Assembly (NCBI GenBank): GCA_037044975.1
Contig: JBAOIL010000030.1
Location: 204,802 to 268,801, forward strand
Source of the DNA: Verrucomicrobiota bacterium
GTDB taxonomy: Bacteria; Verrucomicrobiota; Verrucomicrobiia; Limisphaerales; JADLHS01
Direction of reading: 5' to 3'
DNA length: 64,000 bases
A program made the translations under genes and the position numbers. Under the pieces are notes generated by a model that was not told the origin of the DNA, made no database searches, and saw only the letters and a program-made list of their open reading frames with translations. Numbering within the stretch: position 1 is the stretch's first letter; the number at the start of each line of letters is the position of its first letter. Below, one piece after another: positions 40,594 through 50,087 of the stretch.

Positions 40594-41613
40594 ATGGCAT
40601 CAAAGGTGAAAGTCGCGGTCCTCGGTACCGGTTCGCTTGGCAAGGAGCACGTGCGCCTCTACGCCCAACTGGCGGCCGCCCGGGCGGTGGATCTCGTCGG
40701 TGTCTTCGACACCAATCACGAGGTGGCCCGTCACATCGCGGCCAAGCACCACACCCACGCGCTGGGTTCGGTCGCCGAAATTGTGGACGACACCGACGCC
40801 GTCAGCATCGTCACGCCCACCGTCACGCACTACGAGTTGGCGAAAATGTTTTTGGAGCGCGGCAAGCATGTCCTTGTCGAAAAGCCAATGACCGACAACA
40901 CGGAACAGGCCGCCGAACTGATTCAGCTCGCGCAGCAACACAATTGCGTTCTGCAAGTCGGCCACGTCGAACGGTTCAATCCGGTTTTCCACTATCTCGA
41001 AACCGTCGTCACGGAACCGCGCTTTATTGAAACCCACCGGCTCTCGCCTTATCCCGCGCGCAGCACCGACATCGGCGTGGTGCTTGACCTGATGATCCAC
41101 GACCTCGACGTGGTGTTGGCGTTCGTGAAATCGCCGGTGACCAGCGTGGACGCCGTCGGCATTCCGGTCCTGAGCAAGTCCGAAGACATTGCCAACGCCC
41201 GCCTGCGCTTCGCCAATGGCTGCGTCGCGAATCTCACCGTGAGCCGCGTCAGCCCGGATCGGATGCGGAAGATTCGCGTGTTCAGCGGTGGCGACACGCC
41301 CAGCTACATCTCGCTGGACTACCGGGCGCAGGAGGGTTTCATCTATCGCATCGCCCGCGACGGCGAGGAGGAAAGCTCGCTTTTGAAAAAGCTGCTCGCG
41401 TCGAAGGACTCAACCATCGTGAGCGAATTCGCTGGCAAACGCATCGTGCGCGAACCGGTACCCATCGCCAAAGACGAGCCGCTAAAGCTGGAGTTGCAGC
41501 ATTTCGTCGAGTGCGTGCGGGAGAAGCAGACGCCGCGTGTCAGTGGTGAATCCGCGAAAGCAGCATTGGACTTGGCGTTCGAGATCACGCGGCAGGTGCA
41601 GCAGAGTAAGTGA
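40594..41613 (+). CDS. Gfo/Idh/MocA family oxidoreductase
   Basis: VKVAVLGTGSLGKEH Rossmann start, LVEKPM, and a C-terminal alpha/beta domain. ATG at 40594 lies within track ORF 40537..41613. Confidence 0.85.
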   Translation: MASKVKVAVLGTGSLGKEHVRLYAQLAAARAVDLVGVFDTNHEVARHIAAKHHTHALGSVAEIVDDTDAVSIVTPTVTHYELAKMFLERGKHVLVEKPMTDNTEQAAELIQLAQQHNCVLQVGHVERFNPVFHYLETVVTEPRFIETHRLSPYPARSTDIGVVLDLMIHDLDVVLAFVKSPVTSVDAVGIPVLSKSEDIANARLRFANGCVANLTVSRVSPDRMRKIRVFSGGDTPSYISLDYRAQEGFIYRIARDGEEESSLLKKLLASKDSTIVSEFAGKRIVREPVPIAKDEPLKLELQHFVECVREKQTPRVSGESAKAALDLAFEITRQVQQSK

Positions 41614-41620
41614 AATAGCC

Positions 41621-41956
41621 ATGAGCAAGAATTTCTACGTTTACGTTGATGTCGATGACACAATTGTGAGAAGTGCTGGATCAAAGCGGATCCCAATTCC
41701 AAGTGTCATTAAACACGTCCGTGATTTGAAGACGCAAGGCGCTGTCTTGTTTTGCTGGAGTGCAGGAGGTGCCGAATATGCTAAAAGCTCGGCTCAGGAA
41801 TTTGGCATCGCTGATTGTTTTTTGGCTTATTTGCCGAAACCAAACATAATGATTGACGACCACGAGGTCACAGCTTGGCCCCGTTTCATCCAAGTTCATC
41901 CATCTGGTTGTTCACAACGTTCGCTTGACGATTATTCGGCAGAATTAGAACGATAG
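41621..41956 (+). CDS. Minimal HAD-superfamily hydrolase-like protein (111 aa), visibly A/T-richer than its neighbours
   Basis: HAD motif I YVDVDDT, motif II CWSAGG, motif III/IV KPNIMIDD. Codons end much more often in A/T than in flanking genes. ATG at 41621. Confidence 0.6.
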   Translation: MSKNFYVYVDVDDTIVRSAGSKRIPIPSVIKHVRDLKTQGAVLFCWSAGGAEYAKSSAQEFGIADCFLAYLPKPNIMIDDHEVTAWPRFIQVHPSGCSQRSLDDYSAELER

Positions 41957-41957
41957 G

Positions 41958-43161
41958 GTGAAACCACTCTCCTTCATGCTCATCGCAGGCGAAGCGAGCG
42001 GCGATACGCTTGCGGCGGCGCTTGTTGGTGCGTTACGGTGGACAGTTGTTCCTGGTTCGTTGGACCCCACAGCGGATGTGCAGCCGCTGCGCACGGCACT
42101 CGCGCCGCGATTCTTTGGCGCGGGCGGACCCAAGATGGCCGCGGCGGGTGTGGAACTGGCGTTTGATCTCACGCAACACTCCGTCATCGGCATCTCGGAT
42201 GTGTTCATGAACATTTTCAAATTCCGACGCTTATTCCAACAGTTGTTCCGGCTGGCTCTTGAGCGGCAACCCGACGTGATCATCGGCGTGGATTACGGCG
42301 GGTTCAATTTGCGCTTCGGTCGGGCGATCAAGCAGTACGTCCGAGCCCATCGCAGCCGGTTCAATAATTGGAATCCGAAGATCGTGCAATTCGTTTCGCC
42401 GCAGGTATGGGCTTCGCGTCCGAGCCGCGCCTACACGCTGGCGGACAACTGCGATTTGCTCCTGAGCATTTTCCCATTTGAGAAGGAGTGGTATGCGCGC
42501 CGCGTGCCGAAGCTGCGCGTGGAGTTCGTCGGGCATCCGATGGTGGAGCGAATGCAAAATGCAAAATGCAAAATGCAAAATGTCAAGATGTCGCCAGCGG
42601 TGGTATTGTTGGCGGGCAGTCGGGCGGATGAAGTGCGCAGGCATCTGCCGGTCGTAACCGGGGCGTTCGAATTGCTGCGACGCGACCTGCTGGGATTGCG
42701 GGCGAAAATGGTTTTGCCCAACGAGGCGTTGCTGCAATCCGTGAAGTCCATCGGATTGCCGTCCGGTTTGGAACTACAAGCCGGGGATGTCTCCTCGGCG
42801 CTGGCCGAAGCGGACCTGGCCATCACCAAGTCCGGCACGATCACGATGGAGTGCGCGGCGTTTGGCCTGCCGGCGGTGGTGTTCTACAAAACTTCGTGGC
42901 CGACGTATTTCATTGGCCGGCAGATTGTGAGTGTGAAGTATCTCGCGATGCCAAATCTTATGGCGGGCGAAGAAATCTATCCGGAGTTCGTTCAGGACGC
43001 GGCCACAGCGGAGAACATTTCACGCGCGGCGTTGGCATTGTTGCGGAGATGAATCGCGGCGGGCAGTGGTGAAGGCGAAGCTCGCCGGAGTTGTGGCATC
43101 GCTGGGAAAGTCCGGCGCTGCGTTGCGGGCAGCGGATGCGATTGTGAGTTTGTTGCCATGA
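41958..43161 (+). pseudogene. lpxB: Lipid-A-disaccharide synthase LpxB, C-terminal frameshift near 43047
   Basis: LIAGEASGD, FVSPQVWASRP, GSRADEV, SGTITMECA. The track ORF stops at 43052 (..ALALLRR*), but the next frame continues DESRRAVVKAKLAGVVASLGKSGAALRAADAIVSLLP* to the TGA at 43159-43161, a typical LpxB tail. Confidence 0.85.
42551..42585 (+). repeat. Heptanucleotide tandem repeat (AATGCAA)x4 plus one degenerate unit, inside lpxB
   Basis: aatgcaa aatgcaa aatgcaa aatgcaa aatgtca encodes MQNAKCKMQNVKM in the variable linker after the GHP motif. It is A/T-rich in a GC-rich gene. Confidence 0.9.
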
Positions 43162-43189
43162 GAAATGTTTTTGGACTGCGCTGGCAGAG

Positions 43190-44000
43190 CGCTGCGACGA
43201 CGGGTACGTTGGGCATGGTGATGCGCTAGAGGGTGAAAGACCCTTGTGGGCCTTCGAAAGGCAACCGCGAGTCGAAGGCAACTGCATGAGTCGCGAGGCC
43301 GTGTGGGGAGGAAGCCGGAGGACGAAACGGAGTCCTGAACGAAAGTGAAGCCTCGTAAGGGAGGTCGGGCGGATGAGTGTGCTTGTGAACATGATACCCG
43401 ATATTCCGGGATGCCCGATTTCTAGGGAGGGCAGGGCGGCGGGAAAGTTCATCACCTTACCCCAAGAGATCTCTGCCGCTCCTGGGTGACAAGGTAACGC
43501 CGAGGGAAGGTAGCGACCCCGGTGTGAGGTTGGCAGAGAAGTCGGATTATCTCGTAGTAGCGACGACGCGCGTAAAAGCCCGGGGAGCGAAGGGAATGAT
43601 GAAGATGAGAACAACGAAACCAGAACAACTGAACTTGGTGTTCGCCACCAGCCCGCAAGGAAGCCAAGCCGCGGAAGTTCCCGATCTATCGGGAATGGCC
43701 AAGGCGCGGCTGCATACAGCCAAGGGCAAGGAGTTCAGCGGTTTCATGACCGGAGCCGTGGACGGGAATTTGTTGCTGGATGCAGTGGCCTCCGAGTTCA
43801 ATCTTCTGAGGGTGCTGTACAAAGTCATTCAGAACAAGGGAGCGCCCGGCGCGGACGGTCAGAGCGTGGCAGCAGTGAATGAACATCATCAAGAACTGCT
43901 GCCGCGTCTGCGCCGCGAACTGCTGGCGGGAACCTATCGCCCCGGAGACATCCGGCGGGTTTGGATACCCAAGCCCGGCGGTGGCGACAGGGGTTTAGGT
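43190..44000 (+). mobile_element. 3'-truncated group II intron (5' ribozyme domains plus N-terminal RT remnant)
   Basis: ORF 43524..44027 contains LLRVLYKVIQNKGAPGADGQSVAAV...LLAGTYRPGDIRRVWIPKPGGGDRGLG, the canonical start of group II intron reverse transcriptases (RT0/RT1). Similarity ends abruptly at about 44000, 24 nt before the next gene. About 400 nt of structured-looking non-coding sequence precedes it, starting after the stem-loop GCGCTggcagAGCGC (43178-43192) with TGCGAC. The 5' boundary is approximate. Confidence 0.75.
43596..44000 (+). pseudogene. Group II intron reverse transcriptase/maturase, N-terminal fragment only
   Basis: Begins MMKMRTTKPEQ. It lacks RT domains 2-7, X and En; the reading frame runs into unrelated sequence and stops at 44027. 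Confidence 0.7.
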
Positions 44001-44023
44001 AGACCCGGGAACCAAACCGACCC

Positions 44024-45313
44024 ATGAGCACCTGCATCCTGACCACCGGCGCACCGAAGCGCATCGGTTTCATCTCCACCCGCTTTCACGGCACGGATGG
44101 CGTCACGCTGGAGGCAAAGAAGTGGGCACACATTCTGCAAGGCATGGGCCATGAATGCTTTTGGCTGGCCGGTCTGCTCGATACACCGCCAGAAGTTAGC
44201 CACCTGTCGCCACTCGCCTATTTTAATCACCCGCAAGTGGCCGCTCTCCAGACCAAGCTCTTCGGCGTGAAAACCCGGACCCGCGCGACCACCGATGAAA
44301 TCCACATGCTCAAGGAGGGGTTGAAAAACGAACTGTATCATTTCATCGAGCGGTTCCAAGTCGAAGTCCTGATCCCGCAAAACATCCTGGCAATCCCGAT
44401 GCACATTCCGTTGGGGCTGGCGATGACAGAAGTTCTCGCTGAAACGGGCCTCCCCACCATTGCACATCACCATGACTTTGCCTGGGAGCGTGAACGCTTC
44501 GTAGTGAGCGCGGTGAACGACTATCTCCGCGCGGCGTTTCCCGGAGCCCAACCTGGCGTGGAACATGTGGTCATCAATTCAATGGCCCAGAAGGAATTGG
44601 CCCGGCGTTGCAGCCGATCCGCGGCCATCATCCCCAACGTGCTCGACTTCGAAACGCCCGCGCCCGGCCTGGACAGCTACAATCGCGACCTGCGCCGCGA
44701 AATCGGGCTGGCCGACGACGATTGGTTCATTCTCCAGCCCACCCGCGTGGTGCAGCGCAAGGGCATTGAACACGCCATCGAACTCGTCCGCCGTCTGCAG
44801 CGACCCCGCGCCAAACTCGTCATCTCGCATCCCGCCGGGGACGAGGGCAGCGCTTACATGCAGATGCTGCGCGACCGCATCGAGGACGCGAAGATTGACG
44901 TGCGGTTTATCGCCGATCGCGTGGGCGAAACGCGCGGCGTAACGAACGATGGTAAGAAAGTCTACACGTTGTTTGATGTTTATCCGCACGCCGACCTCGT
45001 CACCTACCCGAGCCAGTACGAGGGCTTCGGCAACGCGTTTCTCGAGGCGATCTATTTCCGGAAGGCGATCGTGGTAAATTCCTACGCAGTTTATGCGCGC
45101 GACATTGACCCGCTCGGCTTTAAGACCGTCGAGATGTCACAACTCGTCACGCGCGAAGTCGTCGAGCAGACCCGCACCGTCCTGGAAAGCCACCGCCTGC
45201 GCGAGGAATGGGCGCGGATCAATTACGACCTGTGCCTGAAGTATTTCTCCTACGCCGTGGCCCGGCGCAAGCTGGCCGCCCGTCTGGCGAACCTCTTTGG
45301 CGAGGGCGTCTGA
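44024..45313 (+). CDS. Glycosyltransferase (GT4/GT-B fold)
   Basis: N-terminal RIGFISTRFHGTDGV and C-terminal YPSQYEGFGNAFLEA (the EX7E-like region of retaining GT4 enzymes). Confidence 0.75.
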   Translation: MSTCILTTGAPKRIGFISTRFHGTDGVTLEAKKWAHILQGMGHECFWLAGLLDTPPEVSHLSPLAYFNHPQVAALQTKLFGVKTRTRATTDEIHMLKEGLKNELYHFIERFQVEVLIPQNILAIPMHIPLGLAMTEVLAETGLPTIAHHHDFAWERERFVVSAVNDYLRAAFPGAQPGVEHVVINSMAQKELARRCSRSAAIIPNVLDFETPAPGLDSYNRDLRREIGLADDDWFILQPTRVVQRKGIEHAIELVRRLQRPRAKLVISHPAGDEGSAYMQMLRDRIEDAKIDVRFIADRVGETRGVTNDGKKVYTLFDVYPHADLVTYPSQYEGFGNAFLEAIYFRKAIVVNSYAVYARDIDPLGFKTVEMSQLVTREVVEQTRTVLESHRLREEWARINYDLCLKYFSYAVARRKLAARLANLFGEGV

Positions 45314-45391
45314 GCCGCCGGGGTGTGGGCGGCCCGCGTCCGCAAGAAACTTGCAGCGTTTGTTCGCGGGGTCGCTACACTTTGCGGCGTG

Positions 45392-46333
45392 ATGACGATC
45401 CACCAAGCCCACGAACTTCAAGCCGGCAGCCGCGAAGTCTGTCTAGCGATTGGAGTCTTTGACGGCGTCCATCTCGGCCATCAACAAATCATCCGGCAAA
45501 CCATCGCCGACGCCCGCAAACACAACGGCATCGCCGTCGTCGTCACGTTCGATCGTCATCCCAACGCCATCGTCGCGCCCGACCGCGTGCCGCCGTTGAT
45601 CTATTCCCTGCCGCAAAAGGTTCGCACCATTGAATCGCTCGACACGGACGCATTGCTTCTGCTTCAGTTCGACCAGGCGTTTAGTCAACAAACCGGCGAG
45701 GCTTTTATCCGCCACCTCGTCCGTGACCTTGGCACCATCCAAAGCATCTGCGTCGGCGCGGATTTCGTTTTCGGCCATCAGCGAAGCGGCAATGTGGCGC
45801 TCCTGCAAAAGCTCGGCGCGGAAATGAACTTCACCGTCCACGGCATCGCCGCTGTCGCGCTCGATGGCCAGGTCGTTAGCAGCACCCGGGTCCGCGAAGC
45901 CATTCGCGCTGGTGACCTTGACGCCGCCAGTCAGATGCTCGGCCGAACCTACTCCCTCGCCGCACGGATAGTGCAGGGCGACCGACTCGGACGGCAACTT
46001 GGTTTCCCCACCGCGAATCTGGACACGACCGGTTTTGTCCTTCCGCCGAATGGCGTTTACGCCGCGCGCGCCACCGTCGGCGGCCAAAGCCATCAAGCCG
46101 TCGTCAACCTTGGCTATCGTCCGACGCTCCAACCAGCAACTCCGCAACTCCGCGTCGAGGTCCACCTGCTCGATTTCAACGAGGAGGTTTATGGGGCGGA
46201 AATGGAAGTTACCTTTGCCGTTCGGCTGCGTGCCGAAATGAAGTTTGCCTCGGTGGTGGCGCTGCGGGAGCAAATTGGTCGCGACGTCGCCGCCGCCCGG
46301 AAAATTATGGGGCCGTCACCGGACGCAGTTTGA
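45392..46333 (+). CDS. ribF: Bifunctional riboflavin kinase / FMN adenylyltransferase
   Basis: LAIGVFDGVHLGHQ, FDRHP, GFPTANL, HLLDF. Confidence 0.9.
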   Translation: MTIHQAHELQAGSREVCLAIGVFDGVHLGHQQIIRQTIADARKHNGIAVVVTFDRHPNAIVAPDRVPPLIYSLPQKVRTIESLDTDALLLLQFDQAFSQQTGEAFIRHLVRDLGTIQSICVGADFVFGHQRSGNVALLQKLGAEMNFTVHGIAAVALDGQVVSSTRVREAIRAGDLDAASQMLGRTYSLAARIVQGDRLGRQLGFPTANLDTTGFVLPPNGVYAARATVGGQSHQAVVNLGYRPTLQPATPQLRVEVHLLDFNEEVYGAEMEVTFAVRLRAEMKFASVVALREQIGRDVAAARKIMGPSPDAV

Positions 46334-47060
46334 GGCCGCGAAACGCCGCGCTCGTGCTCCACGACGCAAGTCCGAACGGCTTCGAACGCTCAATGTCCCC
46401 AAACCGCAACGAGACTTTCCGGCCGACCGTGTTTACATCCACGACCTGCTTCTGCTCAATCCAGGCTTCGATCTTTTGCTCCGTTACCCGCAGCCGGACG
46501 CGATACCACCGCCCTTTCTCGAAGGTGATGAACTTCGTTGTCTCGTTCTCCGAGGCATCCGCGCCATCGAGGTTCGACAGCCCCACCAACCCGCCGCCCC
46601 AACCACCCACAATCAGGCTGCAAAACGAGTCGTTCACCGGGAACGTCAATCCACAAAAAAAGTCATCGCCCGCTAGGCGCATCGCCTCAAATGTAAGCTC
46701 GTAGTTCGCCTTCGGGATTTCATTGGTGCAGTTGACGCCGACGAAATTGTCCCCCTTGAAGAACACCAACAATCCATCCCGCACCTCCACGCTCCCACCC
46801 TGCTTGAAGTCGGTGACCTTCCAACCCGTGAGCGATCGACCATCGAACAAGGGTCGCCAACCTTCGCCCTCGATCGGGGCAGATGGTTGCGCGGCGGCGT
46901 GAGCGATCAGCTCGATCTCGGCCAGCTGCGGCTGGGGCGGCAACACCGCGGGTTGGCCTCCCGGCAGAACGGTTGCGGGTTCATAACGGGACGATTCGCA
47001 GCCAGCCAGCCCAACGCCGACCACCAGCGCGGCGGCCGTCCAAAGTATTTTGATGTTCAT
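46305..47060 (-). CDS. DUF1080 domain-containing lipoprotein (3-keto-disaccharide hydrolase-like)
   Basis: Lipobox LAGCES; GWRPLFDGRSLTGWKV...GGSVEVRDGLL; FRGLKLRPV C-terminus. Confidence 0.75.
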   Translation of the reverse strand: MNIKILWTAAALVVGVGLAGCESSRYEPATVLPGGQPAVLPPQPQLAEIELIAHAAAQPSAPIEGEGWRPLFDGRSLTGWKVTDFKQGGSVEVRDGLLVFFKGDNFVGVNCTNEIPKANYELTFEAMRLAGDDFFCGLTFPVNDSFCSLIVGGWGGGLVGLSNLDGADASENETTKFITFEKGRWYRVRLRVTEQKIEAWIEQKQVVDVNTVGRKVSLRFGDIERSKPFGLASWSTSAAFRGLKLRPVTAP

Positions 47061-47092
47061 CTTGGGACTAATTCTGGCAAAGTCCCCGGAGA

Positions 47093-47515
47093 ATGCACGA
47101 TCGGAAAAATAGAAGCCGCTCCCGTCCCAACGGACCCTCTCCCCCCATCCGATTGGGAGAGGAGCAGGGTGAGGGGTCGCTCCCCGCTTTCATCACCGCC
47201 CAAACCGATGGCGTAACGCTCGCCATAAAGTTGCAACCCCGGGCCACGAAGAACGAGATTGGCGAACCACACGGCCCGGAACTTCGCATCCGCGTCACCG
47301 CGCCGCCCGTGGACGCGGCCGCTAACGAAGCGTTGCTCCGGTTACTGTCGGACACCCTGGCTTGTTCGCGCGGCAAGGTGGAACTGATCCGCGGCCAGAC
47401 CGCGCGGCATAAAGTGGTGAAGATTTACGGGATCATGCCAGCAGGAATCATGGCGAAGCTCGGCCCCAAATATATGAGCCGCGCCCAGCTTCGATCCCAC
47501 TTGGCTCTCCCCTGA
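47093..47515 (+). CDS. DUF167 (YggU-like) domain protein; start uncertain
   Basis: GVTLAIKLQPRATKNEI......LRIRVTAPPVDAAANEALLRLLSDTL....VELIRGQTARHKVVKI matches the DUF167 pattern. Confidence 0.65.
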   Translation: MHDRKNRSRSRPNGPSPPIRLGEEQGEGSLPAFITAQTDGVTLAIKLQPRATKNEIGEPHGPELRIRVTAPPVDAAANEALLRLLSDTLACSRGKVELIRGQTARHKVVKIYGIMPAGIMAKLGPKYMSRAQLRSHLALP

Positions 47516-47537
47516 TAGACTGCTTAACTCCGCCGCC

Positions 47538-48536
47538 TTGAATTCTTGGATTCATCAGATTGAACGCACCGGCACTTATGCCCCGTGGTGTTTTCTCGCA
47601 GTTTTCATCGCCGCATCGCTACTGATGATCTGGCGGCTGGAGGCGATGAGCGACGGCGGCTTTGAGGGCACGGTGCTGGGCACGCTCATCATGCCATATT
47701 GCTCCGGCATCGGGAATCTGATCTTCGCCTTCCTGCTGGCCCACAAAGGCGGCCCCGGCGAAGACGTGATGACTAACGCGCTCGTCAACAACGTGACGAA
47801 CCTTACTCTGCTCATCGGACTGCCCGCGATCCTATGGCCGGCAAAACCGGCGGCGGCCCCGAAGGGCAAATCAAAAAAAGACGGCGGTCCATCGGCGGAT
47901 CAGCTTCATCGCCTTTCGCTGTTGCTGACGTTGACAGCCGTGCTCTTTTTTACCGGCGCAGTCTATGCCTTGGGCCGGGATGGTAGCTTGAACTTCAATG
48001 ACGGCCTGGTCCTCGTAGGATTGTTTTTATTCTGGCAATGCTTCCACGTCTTCGAGGTGCTGAAGACCAATGCGCGGCAAGGAAAGTCATTGGGGTGGAA
48101 GCTGCCGCTAAATCTGGCGTTGCTCGGCGGGGGGGCTTATGCGTCGTATGTGAGCATTGACTGGCTGATGACGTGGCTCGCGAGAAGCCACAGCGGATTC
48201 ATCTCCGCAAAGAATCTCGGCTGGTTGAGCGGCTGGCTGATGGTGCTGCCGAATGCGATGCTCGCACTCTACTACGGCTGGCGCAGAAAACCGGAAGTCG
48301 TTTACACGTCCCAGGTTGGCGACGGCCACATCTGCCTGCCGTTGTGCGTCGGTATCTTCGCGGCGCATCACACACTCAAGCTGCCCGGCGTTTTCCTAAC
48401 CGGCGTGTATATCATCGGCGCGGCGACCGCGATTCACCTGGTGTTCGTAGGTGTCCTAGGACGATTGCCCCGGATCGTGGGTTTTGCGCTCGTGGCGGCG
48501 TACGGATTCTTCCTGAAACAAGGTGTGCTGCGCTGA
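47538..48536 (+). CDS. Cation/Ca2+ exchanger (CaCA)-like membrane protein
   Basis: About 10 TM segments with two internally similar halves. GTLIMPYCSGIGNLIFA and QVGDGHICLPLCVGIFA sit at the positions of the alpha-repeats. Assignment is tentative. Confidence 0.45.
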   Translation: MNSWIHQIERTGTYAPWCFLAVFIAASLLMIWRLEAMSDGGFEGTVLGTLIMPYCSGIGNLIFAFLLAHKGGPGEDVMTNALVNNVTNLTLLIGLPAILWPAKPAAAPKGKSKKDGGPSADQLHRLSLLLTLTAVLFFTGAVYALGRDGSLNFNDGLVLVGLFLFWQCFHVFEVLKTNARQGKSLGWKLPLNLALLGGGAYASYVSIDWLMTWLARSHSGFISAKNLGWLSGWLMVLPNAMLALYYGWRRKPEVVYTSQVGDGHICLPLCVGIFAAHHTLKLPGVFLTGVYIIGAATAIHLVFVGVLGRLPRIVGFALVAAYGFFLKQGVLR

Positions 48537-48539
48537 ATT

Positions 48540-48980
48540 TTAGCGCACACCCGCGGTTGAAGCGGCACACATTCGTTCGCTCAGATCGGCAAACGGTACC
48601 TGCGCGCTTAACCATCGGGGGTTCCTCGCAATTTCATCCATCGAACAGCGCGTGTTATTGCAGATCAGATAAAGCCCTTCGCCCAAAACCATGAAGGCCT
48701 CAAAGCTCGTGCCGGCAGCGTGCCGGGCAAACTCGAAGTCACCGACCTGGTGTTGACCAGTCAAGAGCGACGCCCGCAAACCGCCGAGATCGCGGCTAAA
48801 ATTCTTCGCGAACGCTTCGTGGCGCGGCCCGACGTAGCCAAGCACACGTGGCTGCGGGTCCTGGAGCGACACCACCACCCACTCGTCAAAGACGGGGCTG
48901 CCGTACCGTGCGTTCATTTGCGTGGCACAATCGCGAATCGCCCGCATCGTTTCGCTCAACTCCATTGGTTTGTCATTCAT
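48540..48980 (-). CDS. Hypothetical protein
   Basis: 146-aa ORF with coding-like composition and an ATG start. No motif recognised. Confidence 0.4.
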   Translation of the reverse strand: MNDKPMELSETMRAIRDCATQMNARYGSPVFDEWVVVSLQDPQPRVLGYVGPRHEAFAKNFSRDLGGLRASLLTGQHQVGDFEFARHAAGTSFEAFMVLGEGLYLICNNTRCSMDEIARNPRWLSAQVPFADLSERMCAASTAGVR

Positions 48981-49221
48981 CTGCGTCCGAAATAAACAAG
49001 TTTGATGCCAAGGAACGGGACGGGGCGGTTATGAACAGGGACTTCGGTTGGCTGGAACGAACCAAAACCGTAGATCACAACGAATGTTCGTTAATTGTGG
49101 TATGACAGAGTCCAGGTCGCTTGAATTCCGCGCTCCAAACGTGCCCATGAGACGGCACGACCAGTGTCCACTTTTGGACTTCGTTTTGGTGAATTTTGGT
49201 TTTACGCTCCGCGCCACCGAT

Positions 49222-50070
49222 ATGGATTCGCCATCGCTATCCCGCCGCCCTACCGCCGAGGTCGTCCCGATCACACGCCTGCTGGATCTGGGGAGTCACA
49301 CGCTTTCCGTCCTGGCTTTGGTGAGTTTTATCCTCGTTCTCTGGCCGCTCATAACCGGTGCGCCGGTATCCAGTAAGCCCGGTTGGTCCGAAGCCGTGCT
49401 CGTTCTGACCGCCGCCATGGCCACGCTGGCCGCACTCGCGCGCATTCTCCCCGGACAAAAAGTCCTGCTTGTCACAGTCGTCATCAGCCTTCTTGGCGGT
49501 CTCGTGCACGGCTTGAGCGCCAAAACGGCGTTCCCGTTTGGACCTTTCGTTTATTCGGTCGCCGCCGGTCCACAGTTCTTCAACGCACTTGCCTGGCCGA
49601 TACCGTTGATCTGGATTATCGCCATCTTGAATACGCGAGGGGTGGCCAAACTCATGCTCCGCCCCTGGCGCAAGCTGAGGAGCTACGGATTCGGGTTGAT
49701 TGGCCTCACCGCCACACTGGTGATGCTTTTTGATCTCGCGCTCGAACCGTTCGCGGCGCACGCCAATCACTATTGGCGCTGGCTGCCGACGAAGTTCCCC
49801 GTCACTTGGTATGACGCCCCGCTCGTCAATTTCCTCGGCTGGTTGCTCACCGCGTTGCTCATCCTGGTGTTCACCACACCCGCGCTGACTCTAAAGACGT
49901 CCCGCGCGCGAAAATCGCGCGTGGACTATCACCCCCTTGTCGTCTGGTTGCTCTTGTTGACGCTGTTTGCGACCAGCGCCTTCCGCAACCAACTCTGGAC
50001 CGCGGCGGGGTTGTGTGTGCTGACGGGAATCGCGACCGCGATCTTCGCCGTGCGCGGCGCCCGCTGGTAA
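49222..50070 (+). CDS. Carotenoid biosynthesis protein-like membrane protein (DUF422/PF04240-like)
   Basis: Multi-TM. LALEPFAAHANHYWRWL...WYDAPLVNFLGWLL resembles the family signature. ATG at 49222 lies within track ORF 49048..50070. Confidence 0.5.
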   Translation: MDSPSLSRRPTAEVVPITRLLDLGSHTLSVLALVSFILVLWPLITGAPVSSKPGWSEAVLVLTAAMATLAALARILPGQKVLLVTVVISLLGGLVHGLSAKTAFPFGPFVYSVAAGPQFFNALAWPIPLIWIIAILNTRGVAKLMLRPWRKLRSYGFGLIGLTATLVMLFDLALEPFAAHANHYWRWLPTKFPVTWYDAPLVNFLGWLLTALLILVFTTPALTLKTSRARKSRVDYHPLVVWLLLLTLFATSAFRNQLWTAAGLCVLTGIATAIFAVRGARW

Positions 50071-50087
50071 CCGGTCGCCCACCTCGG

